From Kiritimatiellia bacterium (lineage in GTDB: Bacteria; Verrucomicrobiota; Kiritimatiellia; CAIVKH01), in contig JBDHQM010000007.1 of NCBI GenBank assembly GCA_039807095.1, positions 9,388 to 73,387 of the forward strand: a DNA stretch of 64,000 bases, read 5' to 3'. The position numbers and the translations under genes are program-made. The notes below the pieces were generated by a model. That model searched no databases. It saw only the letters and a program-made list of their open reading frames with translations, and was not told the DNA's origin. Shown here in pieces: positions 16,815 to 25,452 of the stretch; position 1 is the first letter of the stretch; every line of letters begins with the position of its first letter.

Positions 16815-18062
16815 ATGGCATACACACACATCAAGGTTCCCGCGCACGGCTCAAAGATTACGATGGGAGCAGGCGGCAAGCTGAACGTGCCGTCGAATCC
16901 GATTATTCCGTTCATCGAAGGCGATGGGACGGGGCCGGATATCTGGCGGGCGTCGGTTCGGGTGTTGGACGCGGCGGTGGCGAAGGCGTACGGCGGGAAA
17001 CGCGAGCTTGTGTGGATGGAGGTGTTCGCCGGGGAGAAGTCGTTCAAGGCGTACAATTCGTGGCTGCTGGACGAGACGGTTGAGGCGTTCAAGGAGCATC
17101 TCGTCGGAATCAAGGGTCCGTTGACGACGCCTATCGGCGGCGGAATACGCTCGCTCAATGTGGCGTTGCGCAAAATGCTGGACCTCTATGTGTGTCTGCG
17201 TCCGGTGCGCTGGTTCAACGGAGTGCCCTCGCCGGTAAAGCGTCCACAGGACGTGGATATGGTGATCTTCCGCGAAAACACGGAGGATATTTATACCGGC
17301 CTCGAGTTTGAGAACGGGACGGAGGAGAACAAGAAGTTCAAGGAGCTACTGAAGCAAAACTTCCCGAAGGAATACGCGAAGATTCGTTTCCCTGACAGTG
17401 CGGGCATCAGCGTGAAGCCGGTTTCGCAGGAGGGAACGGAACGACTCGTTCGCGCGGCGATTGAATATGCGCTGGCAAACAACCGCAAGAGTGTGACGTT
17501 GGTTCACAAGGGAAACATCATGAAGTTCACGGAAGGTGCCTTCATGAAGTGGGGCTATGAATTGGCGAAGCGCGAATTCGGCGCGGTGGAGATTGATGGC
17601 GGGCCGTGGTGCAAACTGCCCGGCGGGTTGCTCATCAAGGATGTCATTGCGGACATTTGCTTCCAGCAGACGATCACACGCGCGACGGAGTTCGATGTGA
17701 TTGCGACGATGAATCTGAACGGCGACTACATTTCTGATGCGCTCGCCGCGCAGGTGGGCGGCATTGGAATTGCGCCGGGCGGCAACATTAACTATGTGAC
17801 GGGCCACGCGATTTTTGAAGCGACGCACGGCACGGCGCCTAAATATGCGAATCTCGACCGCGTGAATCCGGGCTCGGTTATTCTTTCGGGCGAAATGATG
17901 TTGCGTTATCTCGGGTGGACTGAGGCGGCGGACTTGATCATCAAGGGAATGGACGGCGCGATCGGTTTAAAGCGCGTGACGTACGATTTTGCGCGCCTGA
18001 TGGACGGCGCAACCGAGATCAAGTGCTCGGAATTCGGCGACGCCGTAATCGCAAATATGTAG
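16815..18062 (+). CDS. icd: NADP-dependent isocitrate dehydrogenase.
   Basis: 'MAYTHIKVP...[15 protein letters not shown]...' is the classic prokaryotic IDH N-terminus. An RBS 'aggagtga' precedes ATG 16815. Confidence 0.9.
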   Translation: MAYTHIKVPAHGSKITMGAGGKLNVPSNPIIPFIEGDGTGPDIWRASVRVLDAAVAKAYGGKRELVWMEVFAGEKSFKAYNSWLLDETVEAFKEHLVGIKGPLTTPIGGGIRSLNVALRKMLDLYVCLRPVRWFNGVPSPVKRPQDVDMVIFRENTEDIYTGLEFENGTEENKKFKELLKQNFPKEYAKIRFPDSAGISVKPVSQEGTERLVRAAIEYALANNRKSVTLVHKGNIMKFTEGAFMKWGYELAKREFGAVEIDGGPWCKLPGGLLIKDVIADICFQQTITRATEFDVIATMNLNGDYISDALAAQVGGIGIAPGGNINYVTGHAIFEATHGTAPKYANLDRVNPGSVILSGEMMLRYLGWTEAADLIIKGMDGAIGLKRVTYDFARLMDGATEIKCSEFGDAVIANM

Positions 18063-18080
18063 TTTGGCAGTGCAGTTGAA

Positions 18081-18578
18081 ATGAAGATGCAGACCAAGAT
18101 TCTGTCACGTGAGGCGATGATGCAGGAGCGCGCGCGCCTTCGCGCGGCAGGCAAGCGGCTGGTCTTCACCAACGGCGCGTTCGACATCCTTCACGCCGGG
18201 CATGTGACCTATTTGCAGTTCGCCCGTGAGCAGGGCGATGCACTCTGCGTCGGACTAAATTCAGACGCGTCTGTGAAGCGATACAAGGGCGATAAGCGGC
18301 CGGTCAACGGACAGGCGGATCGCGCGCTCGTTCTCGCTGCGCTTGCGTGTGTGGACTACGTCGTCATTTTCGATGAAGACGAGCCGAAAGAGTTGATCGG
18401 CGCGATTGTGCCGGATGTGTTGGTGAAGGGCGCAGATTGGGCACATTACGTCAGCGGGCGCGACATTGTGGAGGCGCACGGCGGGAAGGTTGTGCTGGCC
18501 GAAATGGTTGCGGGTCGTTCGACCACAAATGTGATTGCGCGGATCGTCGAGGCGTATGGAGGGGCGGCTTCTTCCTGA
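18081..18578 (+). CDS. rfaE2: D-glycero-beta-D-manno-heptose 1-phosphate adenylyltransferase (RfaE domain II / HldE C-terminal domain, stand-alone).
   Basis: 'LVFTNGAFDILHAGHVTYLQFAREQGDALCVGLNSDASVKRYKGDKRPV...RSTTNVIARI' matches the cytidylyltransferase-like HldE C-terminal domain. Confidence 0.8.
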   Translation: MKMQTKILSREAMMQERARLRAAGKRLVFTNGAFDILHAGHVTYLQFAREQGDALCVGLNSDASVKRYKGDKRPVNGQADRALVLAALACVDYVVIFDEDEPKELIGAIVPDVLVKGADWAHYVSGRDIVEAHGGKVVLAEMVAGRSTTNVIARIVEAYGGAASS

Positions 18579-18596
18579 GAGATTGGAGTTTGCGTT

Positions 18597-19559
18597 ATGA
18601 GTAAGTACATCGTTACGGGCGGCGCCGGGTTTATCGGCAGCAATATCGTCGCAGCGCTGAATGCGCGCGGTGAAGACGACATTCTCGTCGTGGATATTCT
18701 CGGAAAGAACGAGAAATGGAAAAATCTGGTGGGCCTGAAATACGCCGATTATCTGGAGGGCGATGCGTTCCGGCTCGCCGTTCAACAGGATGTGTTGGGC
18801 AAGGTTTCGGCTGTATTTCACATGGGCGCGTGCAGCGCGACGACAGAGAAGGATGCGTCGTATCTGGTGGACAATAATTACCGCCTGACGCGCGAGCTGT
18901 GTGACTGGTGCTTGCACAACGATGTGCGCTTTGTCTATGCCTCCAGCGGCGCAACCTATGGCGATGGCTCCCTCGGCTATTCGGATGATGACGAGGTGAC
19001 GCCGACGTTGGAACCGCTGAATATGTACGGCTATTCCAAGCACATGTTCGATTTGTGGGCGCTGCGCAATGGAATCTTGAACGAGATTGTGGGGCTTAAG
19101 TTCTTCAATGTGTACGGGCCCCGAGAGGATCACAAAGATGATATGCGCTCTGTAGTGCACAAGGCGTATGGTCAGATCCAGCAGGAGGGTGTGGTCAAGT
19201 TGTTCAAGTCCTACAACCCGGCGTACAAGGATGGCGAACAGGTGCGCGACTTTGTCTATGTGAAGGATGCGGTGGATGTGTGCCTATGGTTTGCGGAGAA
19301 CCGGCGCGCATCGGGACTGTTCAATGTCGGCACGGGCACCTGTCGGACGTGGGTGGATCTTGCGCGCGCCGTATTTGCCGCGCTGAAGCGCGATCCGCAG
19401 ATTGAGTTTATCGAGATGCCGCTGCATCTGCGCGGGAAATATCAGTACCGGACCGAGGCGGATATTTCGAAGCTGCGTTCGGTCGGCTACGACAAGCCGA
19501 TGACGACGCTAGAAGACGGTGTGCGTGACTATGTGCAGACCTGGCTTTCGCTGGATTAG
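18597..19559 (+). CDS. hldD: ADP-L-glycero-D-manno-heptose 6-epimerase.
   Basis: 'MSKYIVTGGAGFIGSNIV', an NAD-binding Rossmann fold and the HldD-like length of 320 aa. Confidence 0.85.
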   Translation: MSKYIVTGGAGFIGSNIVAALNARGEDDILVVDILGKNEKWKNLVGLKYADYLEGDAFRLAVQQDVLGKVSAVFHMGACSATTEKDASYLVDNNYRLTRELCDWCLHNDVRFVYASSGATYGDGSLGYSDDDEVTPTLEPLNMYGYSKHMFDLWALRNGILNEIVGLKFFNVYGPREDHKDDMRSVVHKAYGQIQQEGVVKLFKSYNPAYKDGEQVRDFVYVKDAVDVCLWFAENRRASGLFNVGTGTCRTWVDLARAVFAALKRDPQIEFIEMPLHLRGKYQYRTEADISKLRSVGYDKPMTTLEDGVRDYVQTWLSLD

Positions 19560-19635
19560 CGTCTGGCGGGCTGACAGGAGCGCGCAACCGCGCGGGGATG
19601 CACACCGATGAGCTGTATTTGTTTGGAGATGAATC

Positions 19636-20694
19636 ATGATTAAAGCAAAAATTGTTGGCGCGGGTGGATACGGAGGCGTGGGAATCACAGAGCTGCTGCT
19701 CAACCATCCGGAAGTGAAAATCACAACGCTCGTTGCCGCGACCGAGACGGGGATGAAGATCAGCGAGTTGTATCCGCATCTCGATGGATTCATTGACCTT
19801 CCCATTTTGACGCCGGATGATCCGGCTGCACAGGAACCGGCTGATGTGGTTTTCTTTTCGACTCCGGACGGGGTGGGAATGGTGCAGGCGCGCGCTGAGT
19901 TGGAGAAGGGCGCTAAGGTGATTGATTACAGCGGCGACTTTCGGTTCCAGACGACGGAGGAATACGCCGAGTACGCGCGTCGTTTGAACAAACCGACGGA
20001 GCACAAGGCGCCGGATCTGCTGGGCCTCTCGATGTATGGCGTGCCGGAACTGCGCCGCAAACAACTGAACCCGACGGTCAAGCTTGTCGGCAATCCGGGC
20101 TGTTTTGCGGTGGGCGTGGAGATCGGGCTTGCGCCTGCGATTGCGAATAAGCTGGTTCATTTCGACAGCATCATTTGCGATTGCAAGAGTGCTGTGAGCG
20201 GGGCGGGCAAGAAGCCCAATCCGAGTTTTCATTTCCCGGCTCGCTACGACAACATGAATGCCTACCGCCTGACGGGGCATCAGCACGTGGTCGAGGTGGA
20301 ACGCGAGTTGCGCTACATCGCAGGCGAGCAGATCAATTTGTGCTTCACCACGCAGGTGGTTCCGGCGTGTCGCGGCATCCTCTCGTGCCTCTATGGCTCC
20401 CTACAGCCCGGTGTGACGGCTGCTTCGGCAATTGAAGCCTATCGCGAATATCACAAGGGCAACTGCTTCGTGCGAATCTATGATCGCAAGGCGACGGTGG
20501 GCACGGCGCACGTGCGCGGCAGCAACTATTGCAATCTGATTGTGGATGTGGATGAGCGGACGAACAAACTGCGCGTCATCTCGCACATTGACAACCTGAT
20601 GAAAGGGCAGGCGGGCAGCGCGTTGCAAAACATGAATCTGATTTTTGGTTTTCCGGAGACGATGGGGCTCGATCGGCCCGGTCAGTATCCGTGA
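19636..20694 (+). CDS. argC: N-acetyl-gamma-glutamyl-phosphate reductase.
   Basis: 'MIKAKIVGAGGYGGVGITELLLNHPEV'; the catalytic Cys context is 'GNPGCFAVG'. Confidence 0.9.
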   Translation: MIKAKIVGAGGYGGVGITELLLNHPEVKITTLVAATETGMKISELYPHLDGFIDLPILTPDDPAAQEPADVVFFSTPDGVGMVQARAELEKGAKVIDYSGDFRFQTTEEYAEYARRLNKPTEHKAPDLLGLSMYGVPELRRKQLNPTVKLVGNPGCFAVGVEIGLAPAIANKLVHFDSIICDCKSAVSGAGKKPNPSFHFPARYDNMNAYRLTGHQHVVEVERELRYIAGEQINLCFTTQVVPACRGILSCLYGSLQPGVTAASAIEAYREYHKGNCFVRIYDRKATVGTAHVRGSNYCNLIVDVDERTNKLRVISHIDNLMKGQAGSALQNMNLIFGFPETMGLDRPGQYP

Positions 20695-20739
20695 TGAGTG
20701 TGAAGTGAACGAATCGAAGAACTAGTAGGAGACGAGACA

Positions 20740-21159
20740 ATGGCGAATGAAAATGGACAGACGGTTATTTCTGCAGACGTGCAGATCATCGGAACCATCA
20801 AGAGCAATGGGCCGATTCGAATTGATGGCAAACTGGAGGGCGACCTCGTTTGTGCAGCGGATGCGGTGATCGGCCGCAACGCGGTGATCAAGGGCGGATT
20901 GCAGGTCAATAGCGTTGTGGTCGAGGGTGCGATTCAGGGGAACATCACCGCCAAGGACAAGATTGACATGAAGTCCACCGCGAAGGTGCACGGCGATATC
21001 GCGGCGAAGCGCCTTGCGGTTGAAGATGGCGTCACGTTCATCGGCCGCTCAGAGGTCAATCCGACGGGTGCAGTTGCCGGTGCGCCTGCGCAATCGCCAG
21101 CGCCCTCCCAGGAACCGCCCGCATCCGACAACAAGGGCGGGATGTTCGGACGCCGCTAA
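20740..21159 (+). CDS. Bactofilin (polymer-forming cytoskeletal protein).
   Basis: The beta-helical repeat core reads 'IGTIKSNGPIRIDGKLEGDLVCAADAVIGRNAVIKGGLQVNSVVVEGAIQGNITAKDKIDM', followed by a Pro-rich tail. Confidence 0.8.
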   Translation: MANENGQTVISADVQIIGTIKSNGPIRIDGKLEGDLVCAADAVIGRNAVIKGGLQVNSVVVEGAIQGNITAKDKIDMKSTAKVHGDIAAKRLAVEDGVTFIGRSEVNPTGAVAGAPAQSPAPSQEPPASDNKGGMFGRR

Positions 21160-21213
21160 TTCACGCTCGGGGCGACCTTGGCGGCGATGCGTAAATCAAA
21201 AGAGGTGGATGGA

Positions 21214-21894
21214 ATGTCTCTCATCCGTGCCGTTCGGCACGGGCACGATGAGAAGACAGCGCCGCCGCCGTCTGCCCCGCCGCCGAAAAAGCCGGATAAG
21301 CCGCCGGATCCATCTGCGCCCGGTCGGCCCTCGCGCATCGGGCACACTGTGATGCCGACGAAAAACGAGATCCATTGCTACGAATGCGGTTATGTGTTTC
21401 TCGCGACGGGGCGTCCGCAGACCTTGCGTTGTCTAAAATGCAAAAATGTGTTGGATCAGGCCGATTACACAATTGAGAGCGAATGCAGCGATTCTGTCCG
21501 TACAACCGGCAATATCACGTTGGCGTCCGGCGGTGTTCTTAATGCCGGCGCGCTGATTGGCCGCGATGTGATTCTCGCAGGGCGGGTTGTGGGAGGAACG
21601 GTAAAGGCGCAGCGGCGAATTGTGATACAGGCAACGGCTGAATTTGATCAGGACCTTTTATCCGGCCAAGACCTGACTATTGGTCAAGGCGCCAGTTGCC
21701 GCTTTCGCGGGAAGCGTGTATTTCGCAACGTGGAGGTCGCGGGAGAGCTGGATGCGCATCTGGCTGTGAGCGGATTGATCGAAGTGAAGTCCGGGGGTCA
21801 CTTGAAGGGGCGCATTGAGGGCGCCCATCTTTCCGTGGAGGAGGGGGGCGGGTTGACTGCTGAATTGCAAATTTCGCCTCCGTCGTCGCGATGA
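21214..21894 (+). CDS. Second bactofilin-domain protein with an N-terminal Pro-rich segment and a CxxC...CxxC zinc ribbon. The start is uncertain; the ORF opens at 21178.
   Basis: 'CYECGYVFLATGRPQTLRCLKCKNVL' is followed by a bactofilin-like beta-helix: 'ITLASGGVLNAGALIGRDVILAGRVVGGTVKAQRRIVIQATAEF'. Confidence 0.6.
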   Translation: MSLIRAVRHGHDEKTAPPPSAPPPKKPDKPPDPSAPGRPSRIGHTVMPTKNEIHCYECGYVFLATGRPQTLRCLKCKNVLDQADYTIESECSDSVRTTGNITLASGGVLNAGALIGRDVILAGRVVGGTVKAQRRIVIQATAEFDQDLLSGQDLTIGQGASCRFRGKRVFRNVEVAGELDAHLAVSGLIEVKSGGHLKGRIEGAHLSVEEGGGLTAELQISPPSSR

Positions 21895-23219
21895 GTGCGC
21901 CGCGTCATATTCACATTGCAGGTGTGAGCGGGGTGGGCATGAGTGCCCTTGCAGAGCTCCTGTTGGCGCAGGGGTATGACGTTTCGGGGTCCGATCGGAC
22001 GCTGGATCAGGGCGGTTCGTCTGAAGCTGTGGAAATACTCAAGCGCGCAGGGCTTCGCGTGCAGCCGCAGGATGGCTCCGCAATTACTCCGGAGACGAGT
22101 GTGTTGGCGGTCAGCACGGCGATTGAGGCGGACAATCCGGAACTGCTCGCGGCGCAACGATTGGGTGTTGAAGTTGTTCATCGCGCGGCGATGCTAGCGC
22201 GACTGGCTGCGGGCAAGCGCGTGGTTGCGATTACGGGAACGGCGGGTAAAACCACGGTGACCGCGATCGTTGGGTATCTTCTCGAACAGGCGGGATTTGA
22301 TCCGACCGTTGTGAACGGCGGCGTAATTTTGAATTGGCAGAACGATGGGCGGCTCGGAAATGTGCGCGTCGGTGCCTCTGATTGGTGGGTGCTGGAGGCG
22401 GATGAGAGCGACCGCTCGCTTCTGCAATTCCATCCGGAACACGCGCTCATAACGAATATCTCTAAAGACCATTTTGAACTCGATGAGCTGCAACGCCTCT
22501 TCCGGCAGTTTGCTTCGCAGGTGCGCGGTTCGATTGTATCCGGCCCCGGTGTGGGTAGCGTGATCGAGCGCGCGACGATTGAGCCGGATTTTGCGCTGGA
22601 GCATGTCGGCACACATTGGACGTTCAAGGTGGAAGATTCCGACTTCAATGTTGTGATGCCCGGGCGGCACAATGCAGAGAACGCGTTGCTGGCGGTTGTG
22701 CTTTGCAGGCAGTTGGGTGTTGATATAGATGTTTTACAGAGTGCGTTGGCGGCATTTCGCGGCGTCCATCGGCGCCTCGAACGAGTGGGGAACTGGAATG
22801 GAGTGAGCGTGATTGATGACTACGCGCACAATCCCGCAAAAATCGCCGCATCGTGGCGGGCGGTTGCCGAAGGCGCATCGCGTGTGCTGGGGTTCTGGAG
22901 GCCGCACGGGTTTGCCCCGCTCGCATTGATGCACGATGAATTGGTGAATGCATTGGCCGGAGCGGTGCGGTCGGAAGATCGTCTTTTTATTTTGCCTGTC
23001 TTTTATGCGGGCGGAACGGCTACGCGCAAAATTGATTCGGGCGATTTAGTCGCGTCGCTTCAACAGCGAGGTGTTCTGGCAGAAATGGTGCCCGACTATG
23101 CAGCCCTTCGTGCACGGCTCGCGTCCGAAGTTCGCGCGGGCGATGCGATACTTGGGATGGGCGCGCGGGATCCTGAATTGCCGCGCTTTGCGCGGCGTCT
23201 TGCTTCGCAGGCAGATTGA
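21891..23219 (+). CDS. murC: Mur ligase, UDP-N-acetylmuramate--L-alanine ligase-like. It could be MurC or an Mpl-type enzyme.
   Basis: 'HIHIAGVSGVGMSALAELLLAQGYDVSGSD' and 'AITGTAGKTTVTAIVGYLL' (Mur ligase P-loop) closely resemble MurC. At 442 aa it is short for MurC. Confidence 0.55.
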   Translation: MSAPRHIHIAGVSGVGMSALAELLLAQGYDVSGSDRTLDQGGSSEAVEILKRAGLRVQPQDGSAITPETSVLAVSTAIEADNPELLAAQRLGVEVVHRAAMLARLAAGKRVVAITGTAGKTTVTAIVGYLLEQAGFDPTVVNGGVILNWQNDGRLGNVRVGASDWWVLEADESDRSLLQFHPEHALITNISKDHFELDELQRLFRQFASQVRGSIVSGPGVGSVIERATIEPDFALEHVGTHWTFKVEDSDFNVVMPGRHNAENALLAVVLCRQLGVDIDVLQSALAAFRGVHRRLERVGNWNGVSVIDDYAHNPAKIAASWRAVAEGASRVLGFWRPHGFAPLALMHDELVNALAGAVRSEDRLFILPVFYAGGTATRKIDSGDLVASLQQRGVLAEMVPDYAALRARLASEVRAGDAILGMGARDPELPRFARRLASQAD

Positions 23220-23306
23220 AGCGGGGCCGTGGATGAGCCACGCTGATGCCGCCAAGCGGAATATGAAAATTGCGCTGCGCCATGAATCGGGTATTCTCGC
23301 CTGTCC

Positions 23307-24743
23307 ATGTCGGTGAATTCCTCCAAGTCATTTGTGCCCGGCGGCTATCGCGAAGTTCTGAAAATTGCCTATCCGTTGGTCATTAGCACCGCATCGTTTT
23401 CGCTGATGCAGTTTGTGGATCGCGTGTTCCTTGCGCAGTACAGCACGATTTCCATTCAAGCGGCGCTTCCGGCGGGCCTGCTGTCGTTCACATTGATCTC
23501 GGGCTTCATGGCGTTGGCGGGCTATGCAAACACGTTTGTGGCGCAGTATCACGGGAGCGGAGATACGCATGGATGCAGTCGGGCAACAGCGCAGGGGGTG
23601 TGGGTTTCGCTCTTCTCGTGGCCGGTGATTCTCGCCTTGATTCCACTCGGTCGTTTCTTGTTGCGCATTGCCGGACATGCGCCGGACGTGCTGAGTCAGG
23701 AGCTGGATTATTTGACGCTCCTGATGATGGGCGGTGTGACAGTTCCGTTGGGCGCAGCGATTAGCAGCTTCTTCACAGGGCGCGGAGACACGTTGACGAA
23801 TATGTACGCGCAGTTGGCGGGCAACCTCGTGAACGTCCTGCTCGATTGGCTCATGATCTTCGGGCGAGGCGGCTTCCCGGAAATGGGAATTCGGGGAGCC
23901 GCGATTGCAACTATTGTGGCTGGCCTCGTGCCGCCATTAATCCTTTTTGCCCGGTATTGGCATCCGCGAACGAATGCAGTGTATGCGTCGCGCTCATTGT
24001 GGCGTCTGGATTATCCGCTTTTCAAACGACTGCTTCGCTTTGGCATTCCATCCGGCATTCATCTGGTGCTGGATGTCTCTTCATTTTCGATGTTCGTTTT
24101 AATGACGGGCCACCTGGGCGCCCTCTCTCTGGCCGTGAGCAATATCGCACTGAGCATAAACTCGCTGGCGTTTATGCCGCTGATCGGGATTAGTATTGCG
24201 GCATCTACCCTTGTCGGACAGTACCAGGGCCGAGGCCAATCGGAGCTCGCAGCGAAATCCGGATGGACGTCGCTGAAGGTGGGTCTGATCTATATGACGT
24301 TCATGGCGGTGACCTACGCTGCCTTTCCGCAGGCGTATTTTCAGCTTTTCTCTGAGCGGGGCGCAGGAGGATTTGAGCTGGATGAACTGATGCAGATCGG
24401 GCGCTGGCTTCTGCTTCTGATGGCGGCGTGGGGGCTTCTCGATACCGTAAATCTTGTGTTGTCCGGTTCCTTGAAGGGCGCGGGAGATACTCGCTTCGTT
24501 ATGTGGTATTCCACCTTGATGGCGTGGGGTCTTTTTGTGCCAGGGGAGTGGTGGGTTATTTATGTGCGAAAGGGCGGGATTCTGGAGGCATGGATCTTTC
24601 TCGCTTTCACAATTATGGTGATCTCCGGCGGCTTTTATTGGCGTTTCCGCTCAGGACGTTGGAAGAAGATTGATCTGCTCGATCGTCAATCGCCGTTGCC
24701 CCTTGCAAATGTCGGGCAGGACGGCCGCGCGCTATTGGACTGA
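23307..24743 (+). CDS. MATE-family multidrug/oligosaccharide efflux transporter.
   Basis: A ~12-TM profile, 478 aa, and an N-terminus 'VLKIAYPLVISTASFSLMQFVDRVFLAQYS' typical of the MATE/NorM family. Confidence 0.75.
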   Translation: MSVNSSKSFVPGGYREVLKIAYPLVISTASFSLMQFVDRVFLAQYSTISIQAALPAGLLSFTLISGFMALAGYANTFVAQYHGSGDTHGCSRATAQGVWVSLFSWPVILALIPLGRFLLRIAGHAPDVLSQELDYLTLLMMGGVTVPLGAAISSFFTGRGDTLTNMYAQLAGNLVNVLLDWLMIFGRGGFPEMGIRGAAIATIVAGLVPPLILFARYWHPRTNAVYASRSLWRLDYPLFKRLLRFGIPSGIHLVLDVSSFSMFVLMTGHLGALSLAVSNIALSINSLAFMPLIGISIAASTLVGQYQGRGQSELAAKSGWTSLKVGLIYMTFMAVTYAAFPQAYFQLFSERGAGGFELDELMQIGRWLLLLMAAWGLLDTVNLVLSGSLKGAGDTRFVMWYSTLMAWGLFVPGEWWVIYVRKGGILEAWIFLAFTIMVISGGFYWRFRSGRWKKIDLLDRQSPLPLANVGQDGRALLD

Positions 24744-25178
24744 TTCAGGCGGCGGGGGCAGGGCAGGTTGGCTCATGTTGAGTGCGGCCCTATTTGTTTC
24801 TGCAGGCGGCGCGCGATATTGCCCGTCATCGGTGACAGGGATCACGCTGACATTGCCATACACCGGATTGTAGGAATAGGCGTAGCCGGGCGGCGCGGGT
24901 TTGAGTTCCGACAGGTAGCGACGCTGGACCAGCTCCATAAGGTTTGTGGGGAGTCGGGAGAGGTCGCGCTGAAAATTTCGGATGGCGTCTTCGAGTGCTT
25001 CCTGAATATGCCCCGGCGTTTGTCGGCTGCGGATACGATCGAGCACTTCTTTGTAATCGCGAGACTCCTCGTGCGCCGTGCGCTGGTCCTCCACAACCCG
25101 CGCCCGCTCGCGAGAACATCCGGCACAAAGCAGAATTGCGGTCGCGCACGAAAATAGATACTGGGTACCCCGTCTCAT
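24732..25178 (-). CDS. Small lipoprotein, hypothetical. Its 3' end overlaps the MATE gene's 3' end by 12 nt (convergent).
   Basis: A lipobox-like 'ILLCAGCS' follows a positively charged N-terminus; the rest is a Pro-rich tail. Confidence 0.4.
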   Translation of the reverse strand: MRRGTQYLFSCATAILLCAGCSRERARVVEDQRTAHEESRDYKEVLDRIRSRQTPGHIQEALEDAIRNFQRDLSRLPTNLMELVQRRYLSELKPAPPGYAYSYNPVYGNVSVIPVTDDGQYRAPPAETNRAALNMSQPALPPPPESVQ

Positions 25179-25252
25179 TCAGACACGAGCGTAGCGAGAT
25201 TGGCGCGTGTGTCACGCCGGATTCTCTCCTGTTATCCGCGTGAGCCCCCAAC

Positions 25253-25277
25253 TTTGCAAAACCCGACGATTTGCAAA
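25253..25277. promoter_or_regulatory. Operator-like pair of the palindromic octamer TTTGCAAA, separated by 9 nt, ~190 nt upstream of the tail-fibre-like gene.
   Basis: 'cTTTGCAAAacccgacgaTTTGCAAAtc' read directly. Each octamer is its own reverse complement. Confidence 0.25.
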
Positions 25278-25401
25278 TCAGAAAAATAAAGCTTTCCAAT
25301 TCAAGTCCAAGAGTCTAAAGAATCGTCATAGTCAGGGGGTTAGGAGAAAACATGGAGTGCTGCCTGGCGATGAGGGAAGCTAGAATTGTTTTTCAATGGC
25401 T

Positions 25402-25431
25402 GACCCCGTGACCGATGACCCTGTAACCGAT
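25402..25431. repeat. Tandem 15-nt direct repeat, 'GACCCCGTGACCGAT' then 'GACCCTGTAACCGAT', immediately upstream of the RBS (taggagg) of the tail-fibre-like gene.
   Basis: Read directly in the 5' leader at 25402-25431. Confidence 0.25.
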
Positions 25432-25452
25432 TAGGACGATAGGAGGCTGTTC

